Shown here: in pieces, positions 1-9,121 of the stretch
Position numbering within the stretch: the stretch's first letter is position 1
Layout of the letters: each line of letters begins with the position of its first letter
DNA from: a virus
IMG/VR virus record: IMGVR_UViG_3300047553_000365
Coordinates: 64,001-128,000 of that record
Reading direction: 5' to 3' (one strand)
Length of the DNA stretch: 64,000 nucleotides
The notes under the pieces: generated by a model
Seen by the model: the letters and a program-made list of their open reading frames with translations, nothing else
Told to the model about the DNA's origin: nothing
Databases searched by the model: none
Translations under genes and position numbers: made by a program

Positions 1-185
1 CAAGAAGAATCCCAATCGTCTCTACGAGGATTGAAAAATAGAATGTCATATCTCTTAAAATCATTAAGAATTTTGGATTGCCAATTTTCAGCAGCTCCCA
101 TTTCAATAGAACCTGCTAAGAAAATAGAAGGCCATCTACTAGACTTCTCAGGGATAGCTCTGTTCGGTGCTTGTATTTCTTTCAT
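1..185 (-). CDS. Nucleoside 2-deoxyribosyltransferase-like (NDT-like) protein, partial (runs off window start)
   Basis: Not in ORF track; manual translation from ATG at 185: MKEIQAPNRAIPEKSSRWPSIFLAGSIEMGAAENWQSKILNDFKRYDILFFNPRRDDWDSS. The IFLAGSI..W and NPRR.DWD motifs are typical of the NDT-like family. Confidence 0.75.
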   Translation of the reverse strand, partial: MKEIQAPNRAIPEKSSRWPSIFLAGSIEMGAAENWQSKILNDFKRYDILFFNPRRDDWDSS

Positions 186-189
186 ATCA

Positions 190-495
190 TCAGATAAATT
201 GTTTAACGATTGCTCCAATAACGATTGCGGCAGTAGGTTTAGCAATACCAATAGAAACGGTATGAATCACCGATTCCAGATAAGACCTATCATCCTTCAA
301 ATCTTCTTTTTTAATTTGATAAGTAAGATATTGTGCAATCATAATTACTCCAATAGCCTGTGCAACACTAAGAGGACTTAGAGGAAACATAGGAACTAGA
401 AACCATTCCCACAATAGAGAGAATGCATATCCACTATATATGGTGAATAGAACATATAGAACTACTCCAAATACGATTTTAAGTAATGTTTTCAT
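190..495 (-). CDS. Hypothetical membrane protein
   Basis: 101 aa with 3 hydrophobic segments; in-line with neighbouring genes. Confidence 0.7.
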   Translation of the reverse strand: MKTLLKIVFGVVLYVLFTIYSGYAFSLLWEWFLVPMFPLSPLSVAQAIGVIMIAQYLTYQIKKEDLKDDRSYLESVIHTVSIGIAKPTAAIVIGAIVKQFI

Positions 496-499
496 ATGA

Positions 500-2107
500 T
501 TAAAAGTTCTTTGCTACAGTTGCACGAATCTCTGCCAAAGTGTATTCCTTGGTAAGCTTACCATTAGAGAACACTTGCTTGAATGCACAGTTCTTAACTT
601 CATCCCAAGTTGCTTGATCCTTAAGAATAAAGTTACCATCATCTTCATAGACAGCAGTAAGACCCTTTGCGGATTTCTTAAGACCACTATCAGTCTTAGG
701 ATCTTTAAAGATTTCAATGCCCACAGTCTTACCACCCTTAAGGACTTCTCCATAAGTAGACTTAACTGCAAATCCATGAGTATCACGGGTAATGATTGCA
801 TCAGGAGTAACAGCCCCTTGATAGGTAAAGCTACCAATACCATACACAAGGTTAGTGGATGCAAATCCCTTAGCAGCAAGACGCTCACAAATTTCCTTGG
901 CACGATCAATAGTAATACTATCTCCGTAGATAGCACCAATATGAGAATCAAGTTGCTTATAACCAGTAGAAGTAGTAGTTCCACCGAAGATTTCCCACAG
1001 ACATTGGATCATACCTTTAATTTCATTTTCGGTAAGATCAGCCCTTTCTCCAAGCTTTCCATTGTCGTTATATCTGTATGCGCCATTAGGCATTTTGATT
1101 AGATCGTATTTGTTCCAATCATCGCTTTCAAAGTCTCCAATAGTATATCCAGTAACAATCTTCACTGGATCACCACTATCAGGACGAATAACAACCTTAC
1201 CATCACGATTCATGATGATATCTTTAAGTTGCTTACAGATACCATTAACGGGATCAACAACATTCCAGAAGTCCCAAGTATCACTAACAATGCTAACAAT
1301 TCCAGCAGGATAGATTTCAGAAATCAAACGCTTAAAGGTTCCAACTTCATCTTCCAATCCACCCATACACATAACGCTGTGTTCCGTAGCACTAACACTA
1401 CCACCCACAAGTTCTTTATCACTATCAGCACCATAGTATTGCTCCAAGAAATCAATAGCAGGAACAGTATCAGTTCCAGTAAAGGATAACAAGTGAGCAG
1501 CACCCGACATAGTAGCAGCCTCTAATCCAAAGTGACCACGAAAACTAAAGTCATGACCCTGCCAAGGAACAAACTCAATCATTTCAGGATTGGTTTTCTT
1601 AGCCCAAGTATTAAAGATCTTACGATAGATCAATGCAGTAGTTGCGCTAGTGCATGGACCCCAAACAGTTGTGCTAATAATAGTTTCAATGGCATTAGTA
1701 AACCAGAAGAAACGAGGATCAGTATTATACATCACAAACATTGGAACACGAAGATTAACATTAGAACCTTCTGGCAATGCCCAAATCTCAAGAGGAATAT
1801 AACCCAATGCATGAAGATCACGAATATGTTGCTCTCCAATACCATTAGGCCCAAGGTAGTTATTCAGTCTACGAGTATAAGCCTTAACAACTTCTTCAAC
1901 ATCCTTTTGGAAGAAGTTCTTATTCCAGTCATTAATCAAATATTCCTTAATGAAATATTGCAGACCGAAAAGAATAACCTTGTTAAGTCCTTGAACACGA
2001 CTACCACGGGCAGTCATATTAGAAAAGACCATTTGGCTATTACTAGGGTATTGGCGGCGATGGTCACACTTGTAACCATCATATAGTAGATGCGGGTTGT
2101 TTTTCAT
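500..2107 (-). CDS. nadV: Nicotinamide phosphoribosyltransferase-family protein (probable NARP1 Namat)
   Basis: 535 aa; DGYKCDH, HDFSFRG, SATEHSVM, SIVSDTWD, VIRPDSGDP and GAIYGDSIT motifs of the NAMPT family; Prs-like gene two ORFs upstream. Confidence 0.92.
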   Translation of the reverse strand: MKNNPHLLYDGYKCDHRRQYPSNSQMVFSNMTARGSRVQGLNKVILFGLQYFIKEYLINDWNKNFFQKDVEEVVKAYTRRLNNYLGPNGIGEQHIRDLHALGYIPLEIWALPEGSNVNLRVPMFVMYNTDPRFFWFTNAIETIISTTVWGPCTSATTALIYRKIFNTWAKKTNPEMIEFVPWQGHDFSFRGHFGLEAATMSGAAHLLSFTGTDTVPAIDFLEQYYGADSDKELVGGSVSATEHSVMCMGGLEDEVGTFKRLISEIYPAGIVSIVSDTWDFWNVVDPVNGICKQLKDIIMNRDGKVVIRPDSGDPVKIVTGYTIGDFESDDWNKYDLIKMPNGAYRYNDNGKLGERADLTENEIKGMIQCLWEIFGGTTTSTGYKQLDSHIGAIYGDSITIDRAKEICERLAAKGFASTNLVYGIGSFTYQGAVTPDAIITRDTHGFAVKSTYGEVLKGGKTVGIEIFKDPKTDSGLKKSAKGLTAVYEDDGNFILKDQATWDEVKNCAFKQVFSNGKLTKEYTLAEIRATVAKNF

Positions 2108-2116
2108 ATTTTTATT

Positions 2117-2326
2117 TTAGAGTTTTTTATTAAGTATTTGTTTTTCGTGTTGAAGCATTTTAAATCTTTGAGAATATGCCCATCTGACAATCTTCAAATC
2201 TTTATTCGTAAGACCATTATTAAGATTCGATGTTAGACAGTCCATAATCAGCTTTTGGTTTTCTTTTAATTCTTGTCCAGATTTATTCAAACCTTCAAGT
2301 TTTTTCAGTATCTCGTCTCGATTCAT
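2117..2326 (-). CDS. Hypothetical protein
   Basis: 69 aa ORF directly downstream of a copy of the conserved early promoter motif. Confidence 0.7.
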   Translation of the reverse strand: MNRDEILKKLEGLNKSGQELKENQKLIMDCLTSNLNNGLTNKDLKIVRWAYSQRFKMLQHEKQILNKKL

Positions 2327-2341
2327 GTGGTAATGATATCT

Positions 2342-2353
2342 CGGTTTTAATTA
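2342..2353 (-). promoter_or_regulatory. Early promoter motif copy 1 (TAATTAAAACCG-aga-TATCAT-6 nt-ATG)
   Basis: Exact 12-mer; -10-like hexamer ends 6 nt before ATG 2326. Confidence 0.75.
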
Positions 2354-3045
2354 CTCACTATCTTCCTCATCATCTTCATCTTCATCAATATATTCAAGCT
2401 TACCAGTAGTTGATTCTCTCTATAATATTCAGGAATTTCTTCATACTTTAACATTACTGCAAATCTAATAGGATCATCAATTTCGATTTCAATGATTTCT
2501 CCATCCTTAATAATAAAGTGTCCATAATTACTACCGATATCTTCATCGGCATACTTCACTTCAATACTTTCTTCTGGAAACATCTTAGACAGCTTTTCAA
2601 TTACTGGTCTAGGAGTTGCCCACGCAGTATCAAATTTAACATGATCCCCATGATTAACAAAGTCATAAGCATTCCACTTAGTTCCCCAATTATCAATACT
2701 CCACTCATACCAAGAAGTGTAACCAGTTTCCTTCTTGGCCTTAATCATATTGATAAGATTTTCGATTCTCTTATCATCCCAATTCTTAATCGCACCATCC
2801 TTTAAGGAATTGATCTTATTAGAATAAGCAATATTTTCAAAAATTCCACCATCCTTTATCTTAAGTCCATCAAACAATACTTCGACAATATCAACAGCAT
2901 GAAATTCACACTGAACATCTTTAAGGATTTTCGGCATGGGTATGATCTTGCTAAAGTCCACACATTGAGTTCCATCCTCTTCTGAGAGTAATGCATTCAA
3001 CACATTCTCGGAAGCTTTAATTATAGTAGTAATATGGTTAGGCAT
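2347..3045 (-). CDS. DUF1281/YubB ferredoxin-like domain protein; probable 1-nt frameshift near the 3' end
   Basis: MPNHITT start (ATG 3045); WYEWSIDNWGTKWNAY..FDTAWATP motif; an acidic tail is encoded in an alternative frame after ~2411. Confidence 0.7.
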   Translation of the reverse strand: MPNHITTIIKASENVLNALLSEEDGTQCVDFSKIIPMPKILKDVQCEFHAVDIVEVLFDGLKIKDGGIFENIAYSNKINSLKDGAIKNWDDKRIENLINMIKAKKETGYTSWYEWSIDNWGTKWNAYDFVNHGDHVKFDTAWATPRPVIEKLSKMFPEESIEVKYADEDIGSNYGHFIIKDGEIIEIEIDDPIRFAVMLKYEEIPEYYRENQLLVSLNILMKMKMMRKIVSN

Positions 3046-3058
3046 AATTTTAGTTTTC

Positions 3059-4018
3059 TTAGTAAAGTGGAAGGCAGGTAAACCTATCAGTAAAGGTATA
3101 ACAGAACTTACCCCAATTCTTTTTACTGTTGGTAGTATAGTAATAGTCAAAGTTTTCTACAATCTTTTGAACCCCCTCTACACAATCAGCATGAGCAGTA
3201 AACAACATCAGCTTACCACAATTCTTCTCACGAAGTTTCTTAGCAAGACCAATGAAGGTTCCACCCATGCAATTAATATCATCAACAATGAGAGTATCCA
3301 GTCTTCCAAGATCATCAGCTTGCACAAAGAAATCCTTAAGACTTCCATCCTTAACATCACGAACCTTTTCACAACGAATAAGTTTAAATTCACAGTTGGT
3401 AAATTTATTACTAAGGTGTTGAATAATTTTACCTACCCGTTTTCCAGCACCAGCATCAGGTTGAACAATATTAAATCTTTTAACTATCGCATCCTTCTTG
3501 GCAATATTAATATACCCTTGCATCGGTTTGAGACAATCCTCAATAACCTTTTCAACATATTCCAATTCATCCTTAACAACAACATTGTTAAGCAATGCAG
3601 GAACAACTTCACTATGCGGACAAAAGATTTCCACACTAGCAAAGCCACAGCCATTAATCATATCAGTAAAGACTTTACAAGTCAAGGGTTCTCCCATATT
3701 ACAAACCCTATCTTGTCTTGCAGCAGGAAAGTAGGGAAGAATCAAATGAATATTCTTAAAGCCCATTCTACGAGCAGCATCATTAGCAAGAATGATTTGA
3801 AATAGATCAGCAATATTATTATAGCGTTGAGTAATAATCAAATCGCCGGGATACTCCACAATAGTAGTAATTTGCAAATGAGGTTCACCCCCCTTAAATT
3901 CAAAATACTTATAATCCAAAACCTTAGTATCAGAAATAGTAGGAGTAAATTCCTCATCTAAATTAATCTGATAGGGAGTAGTTTTAGTTTCCCAATTTAC
4001 ATGAATATGATTTTTCAT
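3059..4018 (-). CDS. prs: Ribose-phosphate pyrophosphokinase-like protein (probable NARP1 Adps)
   Basis: FKGGEPH, LPYFPAARQDR, VQPDAGAGKR and LIVDDINCMGGTF motifs of the PRPP synthetase fold. Confidence 0.9.
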   Translation of the reverse strand: MKNHIHVNWETKTTPYQINLDEEFTPTISDTKVLDYKYFEFKGGEPHLQITTIVEYPGDLIITQRYNNIADLFQIILANDAARRMGFKNIHLILPYFPAARQDRVCNMGEPLTCKVFTDMINGCGFASVEIFCPHSEVVPALLNNVVVKDELEYVEKVIEDCLKPMQGYINIAKKDAIVKRFNIVQPDAGAGKRVGKIIQHLSNKFTNCEFKLIRCEKVRDVKDGSLKDFFVQADDLGRLDTLIVDDINCMGGTFIGLAKKLREKNCGKLMLFTAHADCVEGVQKIVENFDYYYTTNSKKNWGKFCYTFTDRFTCLPLY

Positions 4019-4020
4019 AA

Positions 4021-4464
4021 TTACTTACATTTTTCTTGTTGAGTCTTACTATTATAAAAGTTGAGTGCTTCTTCGATCAGATAAACACGGGGAGCAACTT
4101 TAATTTGCACACAGTCTTTAGCATTATCAATAACCTTACAAACACCTATCCCACTAATTACCACTATAGCGAGAAGGACTATAGCAAACAAAGGTTCCAA
4201 TCCATCAATAGAATTTTTATTATCTTTCCACATCCAACAAAGAAATTTCTTACCATAGTAGATAGTAAGGGGAACGATAATCAACGAAATAATACCACTG
4301 ATAAGACATTCATAAAATCTCCAAGTCAAAAACTCTTGCAGAACAATAGGAATTTGTTCAAGCATAAAATTAGTGCCAGCTTGAATTGCTTCCACTCCAT
4401 TCTTAATAACGGTTTCCGCCCCTTCAATACCTTTTTCCAATGCTTTTTCTACTGTAGGATTCAT
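4021..4464 (-). CDS. Hypothetical membrane protein
   Basis: 147 aa, two hydrophobic helices. Confidence 0.7.
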   Translation of the reverse strand: MNPTVEKALEKGIEGAETVIKNGVEAIQAGTNFMLEQIPIVLQEFLTWRFYECLISGIISLIIVPLTIYYGKKFLCWMWKDNKNSIDGLEPLFAIVLLAIVVISGIGVCKVIDNAKDCVQIKVAPRVYLIEEALNFYNSKTQQEKCK

Positions 4465-4652
4465 GATTGTGTTTGTTTTATATAGTGAATTATTTCGTTT
4501 TGTTGACTCTTAGAATGAAAATCTTTTGCTCTTTCTCTTATCTCAATAATTGATCTACAGCTTTTATAACGCTTAATAAAGGATATATGAAATACACAGC
4601 CTGTTTTATGGAAGTGTATTGATTCTCCTATTACTGTATATCTTTCGTTCAC
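4461..4652 (-). CDS. Hypothetical protein
   Basis: GTG start 5 nt after the -10 of an early promoter copy; ATGA overlap with the next gene. Confidence 0.65.
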   Translation of the reverse strand: MNERYTVIGESIHFHKTGCVFHISFIKRYKSCRSIIEIRERAKDFHSKSQQNEIIHYIKQTQS

Positions 4653-4666
4653 ACACTACTATAGTG

Positions 4667-4678
4667 CGGTTTTAATTA
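4667..4678 (-). promoter_or_regulatory. Early promoter motif copy 2 (-cac-TATAGT-5 nt-GTG)
   Basis: Exact TAATTAAAACCG. Confidence 0.75.
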
Positions 4679-5029
4679 CTTATTCTTTGGATCATAGATA
4701 ACAACTTCATAGTTAGTATAGCTATCAAATCCCCAAGAATTACGATGAGTTGTCTTTTTAACCTGCAACATTCTATCCAAATACTTAACATCAGTTACAA
4801 TCTGTGTTGGAAAGTTTTCAGAGAGAACAATAATATCGCTCTTAGTTTGAAATCCTTTTGCCGTTTCATACTCAATCTTCGCATCCCCAAAACCAGCAAC
4901 AATAGATAGCATTAAATTAACTCCAAATAATACAAAACTTAAAACAAATCCTAATTCACTTCCTTTACGAAATGCGTAAATTACTACTAGTAAAAGAAGA
5001 CCTGTGCAGACTAAATGTATAATATTCAT
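4676..5029 (-). CDS. Hypothetical membrane protein
   Basis: Start reassigned to ATG 5029 (MNIIHLV) because the longer start lies inside a hairpin; two N-terminal TM-like segments. Confidence 0.65.
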   Translation of the reverse strand: MNIIHLVCTGLLLLVVIYAFRKGSELGFVLSFVLFGVNLMLSIVAGFGDAKIEYETAKGFQTKSDIIVLSENFPTQIVTDVKYLDRMLQVKKTTHRNSWGFDSYTNYEVVIYDPKNK

Positions 5030-5053
5030 ATGTTTATTTTGTTTATAAAATGG

Positions 5054-5087
5054 GGGGTGATGATAAGCAACCACCTATCATCACCCC
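5054..5087 (-). terminator. 12-bp perfect stem-loop downstream of rIIB
   Basis: ggggtgatgata / tatcatcacccc inverted repeat with 10-nt loop, 22 nt after the rIIB stop. Confidence 0.65.
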
Positions 5088-5108
5088 GATTACTAACCTC
5101 CCCCTTCT

Positions 5109-6116
5109 TTACAGATACACAACCTCCATGCCAATCTCATCATCATATTCCCAATCATACCACAAGTCTTGAAGAATATTGAAGGCTACTTCCTTAGTGA
5201 TATAACTAGGAGATACACTATTTTGCACCTGCCTAATAGTCACTTGATCGACACCAGCATCCTTCTTATTCTCAAGATAGGTTTGCACCTTCTTAGTGTA
5301 TGCTTGCAATTCAGATGAATTCTTCTCATCAGTCTTATCAACTTCAAGAACATCTTGTCCCTTCTCATCAACAACAGAAGTTTTGATTTCGTGTGTGAAT
5401 TCTGCAACAACTTCATACTTACAAACACGACACTTTTGGAAATTGCAATCCGTTGGAACGGACACAACATCTTTAGGATTGACCTTAACTAACACAGTCT
5501 TGTTAGCAAAGGTAGAACCATAATCAAAGCTACCACAATGCAGACCAAAGGAACAATGCTTATTACGATCATCATCCACATGACTACGGGAAACTTCAAT
5601 GACTTCTCCCACGCCATTATAGATATGACCATGTTCATCAACCTTACCCTTAATCACCTTAGTTTCCTTATTACCAGAAGCGGAGTAGTAATCATCACGA
5701 ACTCCCTTATAGGCAACAAAGCAACCATCTTCAGTAATTGGCAGTTCCTTATAAGAAAGGAAGTCAGTCAATTCTGCAATAGATTGAGCAGAAGGATTGT
5801 CCTTAAGATTCTTCCAAAAGTTCTCAAAGTGTTCAATTGGAAGACCATCACGAATAATGGACTTAATCTTAGTTGCTAGTGCCTTGGGAAGCTTCTCCCC
5901 TTCATAACTAACATCATCTCCTGCGACCACAAATCCCTTATCGTTAAGCTTACGAGCAGGATTTACAATATCAAGGACAGCCTGTTCTTGCTCATCCTTG
6001 GGAAGTTCAAAGACCTTAACAATACTTGCGTATTTAGGATCAGTCTTTTCAACTCTAACTTTCTCACCACTCTCAAGAATGATGATGATTGCGCTTGCGT
6101 TTGTAATGTATTTCAT
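5109..6116 (-). CDS. rIIB: rIIB-like protector from prophage-induced early lysis
   Basis: ELPITEDGCFVAYKGVR, DDDRNKHCSFGLHCG and VKVNPKDVVSVPTD..K.RVCKYEVV motifs; immediately downstream of rIIA. Confidence 0.88.
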   Translation of the reverse strand: MKYITNASAIIIILESGEKVRVEKTDPKYASIVKVFELPKDEQEQAVLDIVNPARKLNDKGFVVAGDDVSYEGEKLPKALATKIKSIIRDGLPIEHFENFWKNLKDNPSAQSIAELTDFLSYKELPITEDGCFVAYKGVRDDYYSASGNKETKVIKGKVDEHGHIYNGVGEVIEVSRSHVDDDRNKHCSFGLHCGSFDYGSTFANKTVLVKVNPKDVVSVPTDCNFQKCRVCKYEVVAEFTHEIKTSVVDEKGQDVLEVDKTDEKNSSELQAYTKKVQTYLENKKDAGVDQVTIRQVQNSVSPSYITKEVAFNILQDLWYDWEYDDEIGMEVVYL

Positions 6117-6148
6117 AGCTTTGTATCTGTTTCGTGTTTATTGTATCT

Positions 6149-6160
6149 CGGTTTTAATCA
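6149..6160 (-). promoter_or_regulatory. Early promoter motif copy 3 (TGATTAAAACCG-aga-TACAAT), 23-nt leader to rIIB
   Basis: 11/12 match plus -10-like hexamer at the conserved spacing. Confidence 0.7.
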
Positions 6161-6172
6161 ATGTCAAGTAAG

Positions 6173-8155
6173 TTATTTCAGGTTCATAATCTTCCTAATG
6201 TCCTCTCTGGTAAGATTCTTTGAGGCATAAGAATGGCGAATTTGACGCAGAATTCTACCTCTGCAAGAATCTTCCGAAAAAATTCTACGCATAACTTTAT
6301 CAATCTTATCAAGTTTTTGTTGTCTAATATTGCTATCAGTATATTTCTTAATAGCCTTGGCAGTTCTAGGAGAAGCAGCCCCCAGACAAATATCCTTAAT
6401 CCTTGATTCAACTGCTTCAAGTTCTCTTTGTTCTCTGTGTCTTTCTCGGATTTCATCAGCCTTTTTATTATACTCTTTACTTCCATATTCAATCCATCCT
6501 GCTTCCAGAAGAGATTCAATCATGGCTTTACTATTAGTATAATAATAAAGATTATTAAATCCGTAAGTTGCCTTATTAACAATGGTCTTATATTCCAGTT
6601 CATTAAGATCCGTAACTTGGTCATACCAATCATCGGCGGTATAATCAACTTTAACATTAGGATTGTTCTTAAGAAAATTAGCGATTCTCTCATCAGAATG
6701 TTTAATGAGTTCTTCCGCATTCATAGTATTCTTCCAATTACTATTACGGAAGTAGACAAGAAACTTAGTAGTATCCTTGGCAGTAGTTTGAAGCTTGGGA
6801 AGCTTCATCTTCTTAACATCAATAAAGTCGCAGTCAGTGATATCAATATTCTTATCACCAGCAGCAATCTTAGCAGCCATGTTATTAAACTCTACCTCAG
6901 AGATATAAAGGAATCCTTCATAGTCTAAGCCTTGAAGATTCTTATAGTAACTAATAAGTCTCTTCTTCCAAGAGTTGGTATTCTTAATATCAGGAATGAT
7001 ATGAATAGGCTTTCTCTTACCCACAAGGTTCTTCATTCCATTATAACCATATTGATTAAGTTCCACCATCTTTACGATGTGTCGAGAAGTATAATGAGTA
7101 AGAGGAAAGAGTTGCGTATAGTTATGGGAGAAATATTCCAAAGTGGAAGTCTTACCAAAGGGAACTTCCTGTGTAAGAACTGCACCAAGCTTAGGACAAG
7201 TAATAAGTTCCTTCTCCTGCGCCCTAACTTCATCAATAAACTTAGTAATCTCTACATAAACCTTAGTATTAAGAGCAGTAGATTCAATACGCTCACGGCT
7301 AATGGGAAGAGTAAGCTTACCAATAGGAACATCAATCACAATAATGTGTTCCGATTCCACAGAGAAGGAATAATTTTCGTAACCATAGATCACTCCCCCC
7401 ATTCTAAGGTAAGGATTGTTATAGGTCTGCCTATCGGGAATATCACTAGCCTTGTAAGCTTCAATAGTAAAGTCTCCAATGGTCTTGGTATGCAATGGAA
7501 TTGCAGGAACCGTAACAGTATTGTAAACGATTTCCTTAAACTCGATAGGACTAGTAAAGGTTCTAACGAACTTCTTGGTAGTGTTAATGAAGTTAGCAAT
7601 ATCGCTATTCTTAACATCCACGGAAACTTCAATACCTTGCTCCGTAGTGGGTTCTTCTGAAACCTTATAGATTTCTCCAATGGGAATACCACTACCACTA
7701 GCTCCCAAGGTGCAGACATAAGTTGCCTTAACACCGTTATGGTGACTCACAACATAGTAAGTATCACTATAACAGAATGCAGCCTTACCACCGATACCAA
7801 ACCCACCAATAGAGTTATTCTCTGCGGACTTAGTAGATTCAAAGTAAACAGCAAAGATATTACGAACATCATGTTCATTCAATCCCATTGCATAGTCGCG
7901 CACTCCCCAAACATAACTACCATCACGACTTTCAATAAAGACATTAATGGGTTGAGTAATTCTATACTTAATATGCTCATCCCGTGCATTAGAAATATAC
8001 TCACGAACAACTGCAAGAACCTTATCAGAATAAATCTTATCCCGCATAAAGTATTGAGCCATTTCCATGCCCTTCATGGACATACCCATAATACTCTTAG
8101 AACTCTGCAAGTCCTCAGATACAAATGTTTTCTTAGTGATGATTCCTGTTTTCAT
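6173..8155 (-). CDS. rIIA: rIIA-like protein (N-terminal GHKL ATPase)
   Basis: IYSDKVLAVVREYISNARD, VRDYAMGL, STKSAENNSIGGFGIGGK; precedes rIIB. Confidence 0.9.
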   Translation of the reverse strand: MKTGIITKKTFVSEDLQSSKSIMGMSMKGMEMAQYFMRDKIYSDKVLAVVREYISNARDEHIKYRITQPINVFIESRDGSYVWGVRDYAMGLNEHDVRNIFAVYFESTKSAENNSIGGFGIGGKAAFCYSDTYYVVSHHNGVKATYVCTLGASGSGIPIGEIYKVSEEPTTEQGIEVSVDVKNSDIANFINTTKKFVRTFTSPIEFKEIVYNTVTVPAIPLHTKTIGDFTIEAYKASDIPDRQTYNNPYLRMGGVIYGYENYSFSVESEHIIVIDVPIGKLTLPISRERIESTALNTKVYVEITKFIDEVRAQEKELITCPKLGAVLTQEVPFGKTSTLEYFSHNYTQLFPLTHYTSRHIVKMVELNQYGYNGMKNLVGKRKPIHIIPDIKNTNSWKKRLISYYKNLQGLDYEGFLYISEVEFNNMAAKIAAGDKNIDITDCDFIDVKKMKLPKLQTTAKDTTKFLVYFRNSNWKNTMNAEELIKHSDERIANFLKNNPNVKVDYTADDWYDQVTDLNELEYKTIVNKATYGFNNLYYYTNSKAMIESLLEAGWIEYGSKEYNKKADEIRERHREQRELEAVESRIKDICLGAASPRTAKAIKKYTDSNIRQQKLDKIDKVMRRIFSEDSCRGRILRQIRHSYASKNLTREDIRKIMNLK

Positions 8156-8170
8156 GCGCTCAGTGTAGGT

Positions 8171-8182
8171 CGGTTTTAATTA
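8171..8182 (-). promoter_or_regulatory. Early promoter motif copy 4 (-acc-TACACT-6 nt-ATG of rIIA)
   Basis: Exact 12-mer; its TAA is the stop codon of the upstream gene. Confidence 0.75.
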
Positions 8183-9109
8183 ATTATCTTCCACCCATCG
8201 TTGATTGATCTCAACTGCGGCATCCGTAATAAGCTTTGCAGTAATTTCTTGCATATTTGTATTAGAATCTTGGCTACCCTCCCCAGAAGGTTTAATCCAT
8301 ACTTTACGAGAACGACCCATATAGTAATTTAGAACAGTCATAACAATGTAGCACTTCAAGAAGTGATTATGCTTATCTTTATCTTTCGCTTCTTTAAGAA
8401 TAACTTGTTGGGCATGTTTGTATCCATATCTAATATCCATACCTCTAAAAATATCCCAATAGTCAGGCATTTTGTAACCTGTTTGTTTGAGGGAAATACT
8501 CAAACTGGTAAGTCCTGCCAACAGCATAAATCTTGACATAGAATCATCCTCACTAATTTTGATTATTGCTTGTCTAACATTCTCAAAATCAGATTCAAAA
8601 TCCTTATAGTATGCTTTTAAGGTAGTATAGTAGTCTTCATCCCCATTTTCCTTTTTAGGATTATAGGAAAGTCCTACACTTTCCAATAAGGAATCAAGAA
8701 CATTTTTCTTAATGATGATATGTGTAAATCTTAATTCGTCTTTACCATACTTTCCATTTTTAACATACAACCTGCCTTCATGATCTGCTTCCAAAACTTT
8801 ATAGATATCAAGATCATCCACTTTAACAGGAACATCATGGTATTTATTTTCCCCTTGCTCCATCTCCACAATATTTTCTTTAAGAAAGTCAACAATGTAT
8901 TGTGATTCAGGGCTACATTTTTCAACCCCACCATAATCATCATATTCACCCTCAAAGAAAAGAGGGAATGGAGTATAGTAAGTATCACAATAACAATGAT
9001 CCCCGTCTACTCCCTTATAAGGACTTTCTACCAAAAATAAGCAATACACTTTATCTCCTGCCATAACAGGAAGATTAGTAATTGCACAAGTTCCATTCCA
9101 GCATCCCAT
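8180..9109 (-). CDS. Hypothetical phage protein (MGCWNGTCAITNLP N-terminus)
   Basis: 309 aa ORF, in-line. Confidence 0.75.
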   Translation of the reverse strand: MGCWNGTCAITNLPVMAGDKVYCLFLVESPYKGVDGDHCYCDTYYTPFPLFFEGEYDDYGGVEKCSPESQYIVDFLKENIVEMEQGENKYHDVPVKVDDLDIYKVLEADHEGRLYVKNGKYGKDELRFTHIIIKKNVLDSLLESVGLSYNPKKENGDEDYYTTLKAYYKDFESDFENVRQAIIKISEDDSMSRFMLLAGLTSLSISLKQTGYKMPDYWDIFRGMDIRYGYKHAQQVILKEAKDKDKHNHFLKCYIVMTVLNYYMGRSRKVWIKPSGEGSQDSNTNMQEITAKLITDAAVEINQRWVEDN

Positions 9110-9121
9110 ATTATTAGTTTT

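Noticed and set aside
514-984. Same-strand alternative-frame ORF inside the NAMPT-like gene (and similar ones inside rIIA, rIIB and gp18)
   Set aside because: Leu/Met-rich off-frame translations expected from biased codon usage; no start signal.
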